Source: a virus. Taken from it: a DNA stretch of 64,000 nucleotides. Positions within the stretch are counted from its first letter, which is position 1. Every line of letters starts with the position of its first letter. The notes under the pieces were generated by a model. That model saw only the letters and a program-made list of their open reading frames with translations, was not told the origin of the DNA and did not search any database. Location of the stretch: positions 4,256 through 68,255 of the IMG/VR virus record IMGVR_UViG_3300046352_000068. The stretch is one strand, 5' to 3'. Position numbers and translations under genes: made by a program. Positions 10,073-20,067 of the stretch are shown in pieces.

Positions 10073-12451
10073 GTGCAAGTAACTATATTTTCAAATATCA
10101 AGGAAACGTCCGTCCCATTCTATCGGGATGTCCTAGCTATACTAGCCAGGGTGAAGGACGGCAAGTCCAAGGATCTAGTCCGTAAGATTAGATTAGAGAA
10201 GGACAAGGAGACCCGCAATAAACTAAAGCAGGAACTGCCAGCAATTTGCTTCTCTGGAAAATTCTCTAAGCGTGAGGACTCAGCATTGTTGGAGCATAGT
10301 GGTCTGATATGTTTGGACTTCGATGACTTCCCATCAAATGATGAGATACTAGCCAAGAAGGATGAGTTGGCTAATGACCCATATACATTTGCTGTGTTTA
10401 TCTCCCCATCAGGTAGTGGCCTGAAGGTGTTGGTTAAAATACCAGCGGATACCTCTAAGCATAAGACATTCTTTAACGCCTTAGAGAACTACTACAACTG
10501 CGAGCAGTTTGATAAGACATCCAAGAACGTGTCACGTGTGTGCTACGAGTCTTACGATCCGACTATTTACGTGAACATTAACTCACAAGAGTGGAACAAG
10601 ATTGAGGAAGGCGAGATTGAGCACATGACCAAGGACATGCGACCAACGATTGCAATCGATGACGAGGATGAGATTATTAGCCGTTTGGCTAAGTGGTGGG
10701 ATAATAAGTTTGGGTTCGTGTCAGGTGCACGCAACAACAACTTGTACGTACTAGCGATGGCGTTTAATGAGTACGGCATACACAAGGGTGATGCGATGTA
10801 TCGCTTAATGAACTTTGCTACTGAGGACTTCCATCAAGATGAGATTAAGTCCATTGTTGATTCAGCTTACAAGCATTTGGAGAAGCACGCCACGAAGTAC
10901 TTCGAGGACACAGTGCGTATTGACTACGCAAAGACACAGCTAAGTAGAGGTGTGCCAAAAAAAGAAGTCCGTTCTCAACTGCAAGCCTCCGGGGTTAAGG
11001 ACGGGATTATTGATTCAGTAATGACTCGAATCGAGGAGGAGCAGAGCAAGAACACATTTTGGACTAAGAGCGACAAAGGTGTGGTGAGTTTGGTGCACTA
11101 TGAACTAAAGACATTCTTGGAGAATAGTGGATACCGAAAGTATACACCAGAAGGAAACAAGGGATTCATTTTTGTACGCATCAATCAGAATCTAATTGAG
11201 ATGTGTACTGAGGATGACATCAAGGACTTTGTTCTTGACCACATCCTTAATAACTTCCAAGACCTTAGTGTGTACAATTACTTCGCAGATAAGACCAGGT
11301 TTTTTAGAGAGGACTTCCTATCTATGCTTGAGTCGGTGAGCATCTACTTTGTGGAGGACACGAAGGATGAGGCGTATCTGTACTTTAGAAATGGTGTAGT
11401 GAAGGTGACTAAGGACAAAACGGTGCTCTTGAACTACGAAGACCTTGGTGGCTACGTGTGGTCAGACCAAGTTATCCAGCGTGACTTCAAGTTTTGCCCA
11501 TCTGATGAGTGTGACTACAAGACGTTTATCCGCAACATCGGTGGCAATGATGACCAACGTGTGGCGTCGATTGAGTCAACGATCGGGTTTATCCTTCACG
11601 CATTCAAGAACGGTGGCTACTGCCCTGCGGTGATCATTAACGATGAGGTGATCTCGGAGAACCCTGAGGGTGGTACGGGTAAGGGCTTGTTTATGAATGG
11701 AATCAGCCGAATGAAGAAGGCGGTGACTATTGATGGTAAGTCGTTCTCGTTTGACAAGTCATTTGCTTATCAGCTAGTTAGCACAGACACGCAGGTGTTG
11801 GTGTTCGATGACGTGAAGAAGAACTTTGACTTTGAGCGTTTGTTCTCGGTAGTCACTGAGGGTATTACGGTTGAGCGTAAGAACAAGGACGCAATAAAGA
11901 TTCCATTTCACAAATCACCTAAGGTGGTCATCACGACCAACTATGCTATACAGGGTAAGGGTAACTCGTTTGAGAGACGTAAGTGGGAGATGGAGTTCAA
12001 GCAATTTTATACTAAGGACTTCACGCCTCAGGATGAGTTCGGCCGGTTGTTATTCAATGACTGGAACGAGAAGGATTGGTGTGCCTTTGATAACTACATG
12101 ATTAAGTTGTTGCAGAGTTATCTAAAGACTGGACTTGTGAAGTGCAACTTTGTGAATCTGAAGGAACGTAAGTTCAGGGCAGAGACGAACGCTGAGTTTG
12201 CGGAGTGGGTACATGAGTTTGGGCCTACATTGATGCCGATTAATCATCGCTTCAGACCAGATGATGTGTTTGATAAGTTCATAGCGGACAACAACGGCAT
12301 GTTTAGAATGTTGTCTAAGCAACGATTTAACTCATGGCTACGTACGTACTGCTTGTATTTAACAGGCATGAATCCATTAGAGAGTAGAGATGGAGCAGGT
12401 AAATCAATGGTGTTCCCATCTAAATCCAATAAACAATTAGACTTGATATGA
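10073..12451 (+). CDS. Primase-helicase (VirE-N/BT4734-like primase, PriCT, P-loop helicase)
   Basis: SGLICLDFD and FISPSGSGLKV primase motifs; GARNNNLY; Walker A GGTGKG, Walker B LVFDD, VITTN; GTG start. Confidence 0.9.
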   Translation: MQVTIFSNIKETSVPFYRDVLAILARVKDGKSKDLVRKIRLEKDKETRNKLKQELPAICFSGKFSKREDSALLEHSGLICLDFDDFPSNDEILAKKDELANDPYTFAVFISPSGSGLKVLVKIPADTSKHKTFFNALENYYNCEQFDKTSKNVSRVCYESYDPTIYVNINSQEWNKIEEGEIEHMTKDMRPTIAIDDEDEIISRLAKWWDNKFGFVSGARNNNLYVLAMAFNEYGIHKGDAMYRLMNFATEDFHQDEIKSIVDSAYKHLEKHATKYFEDTVRIDYAKTQLSRGVPKKEVRSQLQASGVKDGIIDSVMTRIEEEQSKNTFWTKSDKGVVSLVHYELKTFLENSGYRKYTPEGNKGFIFVRINQNLIEMCTEDDIKDFVLDHILNNFQDLSVYNYFADKTRFFREDFLSMLESVSIYFVEDTKDEAYLYFRNGVVKVTKDKTVLLNYEDLGGYVWSDQVIQRDFKFCPSDECDYKTFIRNIGGNDDQRVASIESTIGFILHAFKNGGYCPAVIINDEVISENPEGGTGKGLFMNGISRMKKAVTIDGKSFSFDKSFAYQLVSTDTQVLVFDDVKKNFDFERLFSVVTEGITVERKNKDAIKIPFHKSPKVVITTNYAIQGKGNSFERRKWEMEFKQFYTKDFTPQDEFGRLLFNDWNEKDWCAFDNYMIKLLQSYLKTGLVKCNFVNLKERKFRAETNAEFAEWVHEFGPTLMPINHRFRPDDVFDKFIADNNGMFRMLSKQRFNSWLRTYCLYLTGMNPLESRDGAGKSMVFPSKSNKQLDLI

Positions 12452-12604
12452 GAACTATATTATTATTTTTTTTAATTATTATCTGGATGTTAATTACTTT
12501 ATGTCTTGCAATAAGTGTTATAGGTATATTGGCTTTTATTGCTGGCGACGAAGAGTGGTTTAAACTAGGTAAAAAATTAATTGATAGCTTTTTAATTAGA
12601 TAAA

Positions 12605-13459
12605 ATGACAACAGTTAACTCTTTAAGTGGTGGCAAAACATCATCCTACATGGCAGCTCATTTTCCTGCAGATGTGGAGTTATTCTCGCTTGTTCGCACA
12701 AGTGATGAGTCTTGCAAGTTTAAGGACGATGCAATCAGAAAGATTGTAGAAGATAGAATTCAGACAGACTTCATAGGTACGTTGGAAGAAGATGCAATCA
12801 TCTACACAATGCTTGATCTCGAGCAATTTTTAGGCAGAGAGATAACTTGGGTAACTGGGCCGACATTTGACTCGATTGTGAACAAGAATAGAAAAGACAA
12901 TGGGGATTACTATAAATACTTACCGAACGTAACTCAGAGATTCTGTACTGTGCACATGAAAGTTAACCCAATCTTTGAATTCTGCAGAGCCACCACTGAG
13001 CTACCTGTCGAGATGCGTATTGGATTCAGAGCTAATGAGACCAGGAGAGCTAACAATATGCTGAAGCGTTGTGTTGATGGCGTTGAGAGCTTTCGAGTAA
13101 TCAAGTCAACAAATGAGCGTGGCAGACATAAGTGGCACTCTGTTCCTTATCGTACACCTAGATTCCCTTTGATTGAGCAGAACATATTGCGTGAGCAGGT
13201 CCATGAGTATTGGAAGGATAAGCCAGTTAGGTTCGCTTACATGAACAATTGTGTTGGATGTTTTCATCGCAATCCTGCTTTACTTAAGTTAATGTCGGAA
13301 ATTCAGACTAATAAGTTTGATTGGTTTGCTAATCAAGAGACCGATACGGCTAAATTTATTAAGGGTACATCGTATAATAAAATTAAAGAATCATTTAAAC
13401 AAGTGGAGTTATTTGAGTCAGACTTTAACGAGTGCGACTCAGGTTTCTGCGGACTATAA
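12605..13459 (+). CDS. PAPS-reductase-like (adenine nucleotide alpha hydrolase) protein
   Basis: SLSGGKTS PP-loop, RFCT...K, IGFRANE.RR, NCVGC, C-terminal CDSGFCGL. Confidence 0.8.
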   Translation: MTTVNSLSGGKTSSYMAAHFPADVELFSLVRTSDESCKFKDDAIRKIVEDRIQTDFIGTLEEDAIIYTMLDLEQFLGREITWVTGPTFDSIVNKNRKDNGDYYKYLPNVTQRFCTVHMKVNPIFEFCRATTELPVEMRIGFRANETRRANNMLKRCVDGVESFRVIKSTNERGRHKWHSVPYRTPRFPLIEQNILREQVHEYWKDKPVRFAYMNNCVGCFHRNPALLKLMSEIQTNKFDWFANQETDTAKFIKGTSYNKIKESFKQVELFESDFNECDSGFCGL

Positions 13460-13778
13460 TTATGGAAGAACCAATTATTTTAACAATTAAAGTCGACGGT
13501 AAGACGCTTACTGTTGAGACGCCATACGATAGCGATATGGATGATTTGACGCAAATCTTTCACGTGATGAGTAGATTTGCTGGGCTAGAGTTTGAGTCTA
13601 CATTTGAGAAGGCTTACAAGTCTTGGAATGCAGGAGTAAGTGATGATGACATTCTTGTTGAGTCACAGAATAGATACGCTAACGAGGTAAAAGATTTCAT
13701 AAGAATGGTAGACAATGCACCACTTAGATTAGCGTTTCAACAAGGGGCACGCTGGGCTAGAGCTAAACTAAACGAGAT

Positions 13779-14489
13779 ATGAAAACCATAGCAATCGGAG
13801 ATATCCACGGCAGAACAATCTGGCAAGATATAGTAGCGAAGGAGAAACCCAATAGAGTAGTGTTCATTGGTGACTACTTTGATAGTTACGATGATTATAC
13901 TGCGGCTGAGCAGATGCACAACTTCAAAGAAATCATTGAGTTTAAGGAGTCAGGTGAGGTGATTATGATGATCGGGAATCACGACTTTCATTACATAGAA
14001 GGCTCTGAGCACTATTCTGGGTACCAAGCAGGAGCTGCTGCTGCGATTAATGATTTGTTGCACAACAACCTTCACCACTTGCAGATGTGTTATCAGATGG
14101 ATGAGTTTTTATTCTCTCACGCAGGTGTTAGCCACGACTGGTTAGAGTTGCACTCTAAGGAGTACAAGGATAATAACGATGTAGATGTGGCACAAATTGT
14201 GAATGATTTGTGGGAGTTTACACCACGAGCGTTTAAGTTTGCAGGTTGGGATCCGTACGGAGATAGTGTGATATCATCACCTATTTGGATACGACCTCGC
14301 TCATTGATTGTTTCCAACAGAGAAACGCTACGTGACCGATTTATCCAAGTCGTTGGGCACACCCAAGTAAAACGCATGGATAGAGAAGGCAACGCAACCG
14401 GTGGTAGATACCACTTGATTGACACACTAGGAACATCAAGAGAGTACTTAATAATCGAAGACGACGAAGTAAAATTTGGCACAATATGA
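13779..14489 (+). CDS. Calcineurin-like metallophosphoesterase
   Basis: GDIHG, GDYFD, GNHD, SHAG, VGHT motifs. Confidence 0.9.
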   Translation: MKTIAIGDIHGRTIWQDIVAKEKPNRVVFIGDYFDSYDDYTAAEQMHNFKEIIEFKESGEVIMMIGNHDFHYIEGSEHYSGYQAGAAAAINDLLHNNLHHLQMCYQMDEFLFSHAGVSHDWLELHSKEYKDNNDVDVAQIVNDLWEFTPRAFKFAGWDPYGDSVISSPIWIRPRSLIVSNRETLRDRFIQVVGHTQVKRMDREGNATGGRYHLIDTLGTSREYLIIEDDEVKFGTI

Positions 14490-15151
14490 AAGCAAAATTA
14501 ATTTTTAATCTACCAGATGATAATGATGACTACAAGAGATGTAACCTGTCATTAAATATGGCCTTAGCTATCAATGAGTACGACCAATGGCTAAGAGGTC
14601 AGTATAAGCACGCAGACGATGAGGAGGCTGTAAGGTTCCGAGATAAGTTCAGAGAAATAATGAGTGAAAATGATATAGACGTAAATACTTTACTACAATG
14701 AAAAAAATAACAAGATCAGTAATTAAGCTATCAGAGATACCTGAAGAATTACAAAAGAGCAAAGTATTTCGTGGACTTAAAGAACACACTTACCTAGAAG
14801 CTCATATTGATGATGAGTTTGGAGCAAGTCCACTCACGGTATGGTTAATAGAAACATATCCAACAATAAAACGTAAGATTAGTTTTCTTATTCATATTGA
14901 TAAATAATATGGAAGATAACGTAATAAACAGATTAGTGACTAGGCTTAAGAAGATAGGCATTGAGGTTCAATTATTTGGTAACTATCCTTGGATATATCT
15001 TGATAGTATAAACGGAAATAGAATCAAGAAGGAAGACTATTATCTTGGCAACCATGGGTTCACGATCGCGTTCTATCCCAACAAAGAGGAAAAGGTAATG
15101 CAGCTAAATGATATCAAAAAAACGTTTGAAATAATCAGAAAATATAGATGA
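14486..15151 (+). CDS. Three small hypothetical proteins (14486-14701, 14698-14907, 14897-15151)
   Basis: Coupled ORFs with overlapping junctions. Confidence 0.6.
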
Positions 15152-15152
15152 T

Positions 15153-15398
15153 ATGGAAAAGAAACAGACGGCAGTAGAATGGCTTGAAAATGAATTAGCC
15201 TTTTTTTTAAAAGACATTATAGAAAATAAAAATCATTTATTGATGATTAACTTGTTTGAACAAGCCAAAGCAATGGAGAAAGAGCAGATGGTAAAGTTTG
15301 CTTTGCATCTACATAATGTAGATATGAGCAAAACGGGTACTGATATTCTTATTGATGAGGCAGAACAATATTACAACGAAACTTATAACAAACAATGA
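15153..15398 (+). CDS. KQTAVEW-family small protein, copy 1
   Basis: MEKKQTAVEWL...AKAMEKEQ...AEQYYNETY. Confidence 0.7.
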   Translation: MEKKQTAVEWLENELAFFLKDIIENKNHLLMINLFEQAKAMEKEQMVKFALHLHNVDMSKTGTDILIDEAEQYYNETYNKQ

Positions 15399-15399
15399 A

Positions 15400-15753
15400 A
15401 TGAATTATAAAGAAAATTACGCACAATCTTATGCGGCATATAAAGGTATAGTTACACTTGAGAACTGGAATATAAATGAAATACAAGAAATTATTAATTC
15501 AGTAAGAGGGTATGAGAACGTAAAAATTGCATTCGAATTATTTCAGAACATTGAATACAAGAACCCTTCCTATACTTGCAGAATTAAACTCGTAGATGGA
15601 CAAAACATACTACTTAGATACGAATGGGTTATAAAATCTGTTTCTGATGAGAATGTTCATTCAGTAGCATTAAACGATGCGACAAGAATACTTATGAGAG
15701 ACATTTGGCTTACAGCAATAGATTCATTTAAAAATTTAGCTTATGGAAAATAA
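15400..15753 (+). CDS. Hypothetical protein
   Basis: AT-rich ORF between the two KQTAVEW paralogues; likely ATG at 15400. Confidence 0.6.
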   Translation: MNYKENYAQSYAAYKGIVTLENWNINEIQEIINSVRGYENVKIAFELFQNIEYKNPSYTCRIKLVDGQNILLRYEWVIKSVSDENVHSVALNDATRILMRDIWLTAIDSFKNLAYGK

Positions 15754-16045
15754 ACAGACGGCAGTCGAATGGGCTGAAGATAAATTATCTGATTTAAACT
15801 CAGCAGTTGTTAATGGAGAAATCGCTCCTGAAGAATACCACGAAATAAGGGTTAATATATGGAAGAAAGCCAAAGCAATGGAGAAAGAGCAGTCAATAAA
15901 AGACTACAAAGCTGGGGCCGTAGGCGAAATATGGGAGCTTAATATTGACGAGAGTGCAGAATCTTATTACAATAAAACATACGCAAATGATACAACTAAG
16001 GGATTACCAGAAGAAAATAGTAAGCGACGGGGTTGGCATTATTAA
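15743..16045 (+). CDS. KQTAVEW-family small protein, copy 2
   Basis: MENKQTAVEWA...AKAMEKEQ...AESYYNKTY. Confidence 0.7.
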   Translation: MENKQTAVEWAEDKLSDLNSAVVNGEIAPEEYHEIRVNIWKKAKAMEKEQSIKDYKAGAVGEIWELNIDESAESYYNKTYANDTTKGLPEENSKRRGWHY

Positions 16046-16568
16046 TATGGAAGCACAAATGATATTAGAACATACTGATATGAGATATACGTATGTTAAT
16101 GGTTATGAAAGGCTATATAGATTGTATATTGATGGAGAAATTTGGTCAGTAAGATCTGGTAAGTTTTTAAAACAAGAGCTATCTAAAGGCTATAAAAGAG
16201 TAACATTGTGTATCAATGGTAAAACAAAAAGATATCAGGCACACAGATTAGTGGCTATGCATTTTATATTAAATCCATTGAAAAAACCTTGCGTAAACCA
16301 TAAGGATGGCGATAGAATAAATAACCATATGCGTAACTTAGAATGGTGCACATATAAAGAAAATGAAAATCATTCGTATGACATATTAGGTAAAATAAAT
16401 CATAACAGAAAATTATCTGCCGAAGCCTTAGAAGATATAAGAAGTAATGCTATAAAAGGTGTAAACAAATCAAACAAAGGCAATGTTGATAAATTTGCCA
16501 GTAAATACAATGTTAAATCAGGTACTATATTGAATGTATTAAAAAACAAATTTTATGTTAGAACTTAG
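15987..16568 (+). mobile_element. Free-standing HNH homing endonuclease with a helicase-like 20-aa N-terminal extension
   Basis: HRLVAMHF...VNHKDGDRINNHMRNLEW; in-frame upstream MIQLRDYQKKIV; alternative ATG at 16047. Confidence 0.85.
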
Positions 16569-17787
16569 AGATTACCAGAAAGATATTGTCAAAAAGGGCT
16601 CTTCTGTAATTTCTGAACACGGACTACTATACTTGTCTATGGCTGTACGCTTAGGGAAAACAGCTACGTCACTTGCTATCGCAGATGAGATTGGTGCAAA
16701 TAATGTTTTATTTTTGACTAAATTGAAGGTTATTCCGGGTATTTATAAGGATCACAAAGACTTTGGGTTTAAGAGTAAGATAACTTGCATAAATTACGAA
16801 TCCATCCATAAACTTGAGTCACAAAAATGGGACTTGATAATCGTAGATGAGTCGCATTCTTTAGGCGCACTGTGTAAGCCAAGCAAGCGAGCGAAGCAGG
16901 TGAAGGATTTGGTGTATAAGAACAAATGCAATGTAATATTCTTGTCGGGTACACCAACCCCTGAGAGTTACTCGCAGATATACCACCAATTGTACGTGCA
17001 TCCTAACAACCCATTCAAACAATACGCTAACTTTTATCGGTGGGCGAATGACTATGTGAAGGTTAAGGTTAAATATATAGGTCAAATGAGGGCTAACGAC
17101 TACTCAGGTGCGATTAAGGATAAGGTGATGGATGCTATCAAGCATCTAATGATATCTTTTACTCAAGAGCAAGCAGGGTTTACCACATCAGTGGAGGAGG
17201 CTGTACTGAAAGTCAACATGAAGCCTATCACCTATAAGCTAACTAACAAGTTAAAGAAAGACTCAGTAGTTCAGGGTGATGACGACACAATACTTGCTGA
17301 CACCGGAGTGAAGATGATGAACAAGTTACACCAGATGTACTCTGGGACCATCATCCTAGAGTCGGGCAAAAGGTTGATATTCGACAACACCAAAGCTGAG
17401 TTTATCAAGTCTCACTTTGAAGGCAAGAAGATAGGTATCTTCTACAAGTTCAAGGCCGAGTGGGATGCGTTGAAAGAAGTTTTTGGTGACAACCTAACCG
17501 ATCAGCTAGATGAGTTCAATACCACAAACAAGAACATCGCACTTCAGGTGCTGGCAGGACGCGAAGGAGTTAGTCTTAAGAACGCTGACTATTTAGTGTA
17601 CTATAACATTGACTTTAGTGCTACGTCATACTGGCAAAGCCGCGATCGACTTACGACGATGGAACGAAAGTTCAACAAAGTCTATTGGGTTTTTGCAAAC
17701 GGAGGCATCGAAGAGAAAATTTATGAGGCAGTACAACAAAAGAAAAATTTTACACAAGAGTATTTCAAAAAACATTTCTTAACTTAG
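16555..17787 (+). CDS. Superfamily 2 DNA helicase
   Basis: LRDYQ, RLGKT, DESH, SGTP, AGREGVSL, QSRDR motifs. Confidence 0.9.
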   Translation: MLELRDYQKDIVKKGSSVISEHGLLYLSMAVRLGKTATSLAIADEIGANNVLFLTKLKVIPGIYKDHKDFGFKSKITCINYESIHKLESQKWDLIIVDESHSLGALCKPSKRAKQVKDLVYKNKCNVIFLSGTPTPESYSQIYHQLYVHPNNPFKQYANFYRWANDYVKVKVKYIGQMRANDYSGAIKDKVMDAIKHLMISFTQEQAGFTTSVEEAVLKVNMKPITYKLTNKLKKDSVVQGDDDTILADTGVKMMNKLHQMYSGTIILESGKRLIFDNTKAEFIKSHFEGKKIGIFYKFKAEWDALKEVFGDNLTDQLDEFNTTNKNIALQVLAGREGVSLKNADYLVYYNIDFSATSYWQSRDRLTTMERKFNKVYWVFANGGIEEKIYEAVQQKKNFTQEYFKKHFLT

Positions 17788-17788
17788 C

Positions 17789-18097
17789 ATGCTCGAATCG
17801 AAACGACAAACCAAAATACGCAATGCACTAATCAAAGACGGCTACTTCGTAACTAAACTTACAGTTACAAGTACTCCAGGAATACCTGATCTGCTTGCGA
17901 TAAAAGATGGCAAAGCCTTATTCATTGAGGTTAAGCAACCGGGTAATGACCCAACTGAGTTACAATTATTCATGCACGATAAGCTGAGAGGCTTTGGATG
18001 CGAAGTTAAAGTTTGGACAGACTATGGAACAGATTATGGTAGCAGTACCAACGAGCATAATCAAGTGGATGGCAGCGATGCGGAAGGATACTTTTGA
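17789..18097 (+). CDS. VRR-NUC domain nuclease (resolvase-like)
   Basis: GIPDLL...FIEVK...TELQ. Confidence 0.85.
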   Translation: MLESKRQTKIRNALIKDGYFVTKLTVTSTPGIPDLLAIKDGKALFIEVKQPGNDPTELQLFMHDKLRGFGCEVKVWTDYGTDYGSSTNEHNQVDGSDAEGYF

Positions 18098-18380
18098 TCA
18101 GGTAGCAGACGCATTAATCCACTTCTCGAATGAGTTGGAAGAAGATTACGAGAGAACGATTGTGTTCAGCGTAGTCGATGATGAACCGAAGTACTTTAGG
18201 TTTCACGCCTCTCCTGGAGAACTAACCTTTGATGGTGAAGACGAACCCACGGAGATGGTGTCAGTGGAATTACTCGAGCAGATAGATGTAGACGAGTTCT
18301 TAGATGAAGTCCTAGAAGGCAATCAAATTATTAAAGACAACAATTTAAAACGATTTATCGCAAGTTATGAGTTTATTTGA
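18069..18380 (+). CDS. Acidic hypothetical protein
   Basis: ORF between VRR-NUC and nrdB; start codon uncertain. Confidence 0.6.
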   Translation: MAAMRKDTFDQVADALIHFSNELEEDYERTIVFSVVDDEPKYFRFHASPGELTFDGEDEPTEMVSVELLEQIDVDEFLDEVLEGNQIIKDNNLKRFIASYEFI

Positions 18381-19359
18381 AAAACGTATCGCATATAAAC
18401 CTTTTGAATACCCAGAGTATTTTACTGAAGGGTGGTTAAAGCAAGCCCAGGCATTCTGGTTATATACTGAAATCCCTATGTCATCCGATGTAAAGGATTG
18501 GAATGAGAATCTAACAGAGAATGAGAAGCACGTAGTAGGTAATATCCTATTAGGTTTTGCTCAAACAGAATGTGCTGTGTCTGACTATTGGACAGGCATG
18601 GTGACTGATTGGTTCCCTAAGCACGAGATTATTCAGATGGCAATCTTATTTGGAGCACAAGAGACAGTTCACGCAGCTGCTTACTCGTATCTGAATGATA
18701 CCCTTGGTCTTGATGACTACGAAGGATTTATGCACGAGCCTGCGATTGCTGGTCGTATTGAGTCGTTGACATCTGTGCCACATAATTACAACTATAAGAT
18801 TCTGTGCACATCTGCACCAGCACGTAGAGATGTGGCTAGATCACTAGCAATCTTCTCGGCGTTCACTGAAGGAGTGGCCTTGTACAGCTCATTCGCTGTG
18901 TTGTATTCGTTCCAAATGAACAATAAGCTAAAAGGTATCGGACAGCAGATGAAGTGGTCTGTAAGGGACGAAGCCTTGCACTCTAAGATGGGATGTCAAT
19001 TGTTCCGTCATATGTGTGAGGAGTTCCCTGACCTAAAGACCGATGCCAAAGATGCCATCATCGAAGCGGCTAAGTTAACTCTTGAGATGGAGATGAACTT
19101 CATCGACAAGATATTTGAGAGAGGTGACTTAGAGAATCTAAAGGCATACGACCTTAAACACTTTATGCATAAACGCATCAATGACAAGTTAGTAGAGTTA
19201 GGCTACGATGCCATCTTTGCTTATGACCCTGCAGCTGCTGAGCAATTGGATTGGTTCTACCAATTAACAGCAGGCGTTGAGCATTCTGATTTCTTTGCAA
19301 CAAGACCAACAGCGTACAGTAAAGCCAACGAAGGCGAAGACTGGAGTGATATGTTTTAA
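18367..19359 (+). CDS. nrdB: Class I ribonucleotide reductase beta subunit
   Basis: YKPFEYP, ETVH...Y, TEGVALYSSF, RDEALH, DFF motifs. Confidence 0.95.
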   Translation: MSLFEKRIAYKPFEYPEYFTEGWLKQAQAFWLYTEIPMSSDVKDWNENLTENEKHVVGNILLGFAQTECAVSDYWTGMVTDWFPKHEIIQMAILFGAQETVHAAAYSYLNDTLGLDDYEGFMHEPAIAGRIESLTSVPHNYNYKILCTSAPARRDVARSLAIFSAFTEGVALYSSFAVLYSFQMNNKLKGIGQQMKWSVRDEALHSKMGCQLFRHMCEEFPDLKTDAKDAIIEAAKLTLEMEMNFIDKIFERGDLENLKAYDLKHFMHKRINDKLVELGYDAIFAYDPAAAEQLDWFYQLTAGVEHSDFFATRPTAYSKANEGEDWSDMF

Positions 19360-19379
19360 CTTAAACTAAATATAATACA

Positions 19380-19688
19380 ATGGAAGAATTATCTTTTGAC
19401 CAACTAATTATTAATGTACACGACTGGGCTAACGAGAAGGGTTTAATAGACCCATCATTTGTAAAGTCTCAATTTGTAAAATGCGTCGAGGAGTTAGGTG
19501 AAACTGCCTCCGCTATCAGCAAGAATAAGCCCGATGAATTAATCGATGGCCTAGGTGACACATTCGTGACGCTTATTATCCTATCTCTGCAATGCGGAGT
19601 TACTCCACAAGAAGCATTGAACGCAGCGTGGAACGAGATTAAAGATCGCAAAGGGAAAATTGTTTCAGGTACATTCATTAAGCAATGA
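19380..19688 (+). CDS. MazG-like nucleotide pyrophosphohydrolase
   Basis: EELGE...DGLGD...EIKDRKG. Confidence 0.85.
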   Translation: MEELSFDQLIINVHDWANEKGLIDPSFVKSQFVKCVEELGETASAISKNKPDELIDGLGDTFVTLIILSLQCGVTPQEALNAAWNEIKDRKGKIVSGTFIKQ

Positions 19689-19963
19689 CAAAGCACCATC
19701 CTATCCATGAACAGGACCTAATAGACTTAGGTTTTGAGAAAGTCTTTGTCTCTAAACACGAGTCAGGACATGAGCACGACTTCTACTACTATGTTTATGT
19801 AGTATCGAAGCACACCACAATGATAACTAACGCTGATGATGAGGCGAAACTTAGTACATGGCAGGTGTTTTTATTTGATGATGACTTTTACTTTGATGAG
19901 ATAGAACCTCTAACAACTTTTTTAACATCCTTCAAATATGTCAAACTCCCCGATAAAGATTGA
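19685..19963 (+). CDS. Hypothetical protein
   Basis: 92 aa, LIDLGFEK...DFYYY. Confidence 0.65.
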   Translation: MTKHHPIHEQDLIDLGFEKVFVSKHESGHEHDFYYYVYVVSKHTTMITNADDEAKLSTWQVFLFDDDFYFDEIEPLTTFLTSFKYVKLPDKD

Positions 19964-20067
19964 GATAGTGTTGCCAGATAAGTCAAACGCCTCAATCGAC
20001 GCAAGCAGTGCCGAGAGTGCTGTACAAATGATAGAATTTTTACTTGAACTAATAAAATCTTTAGAAA

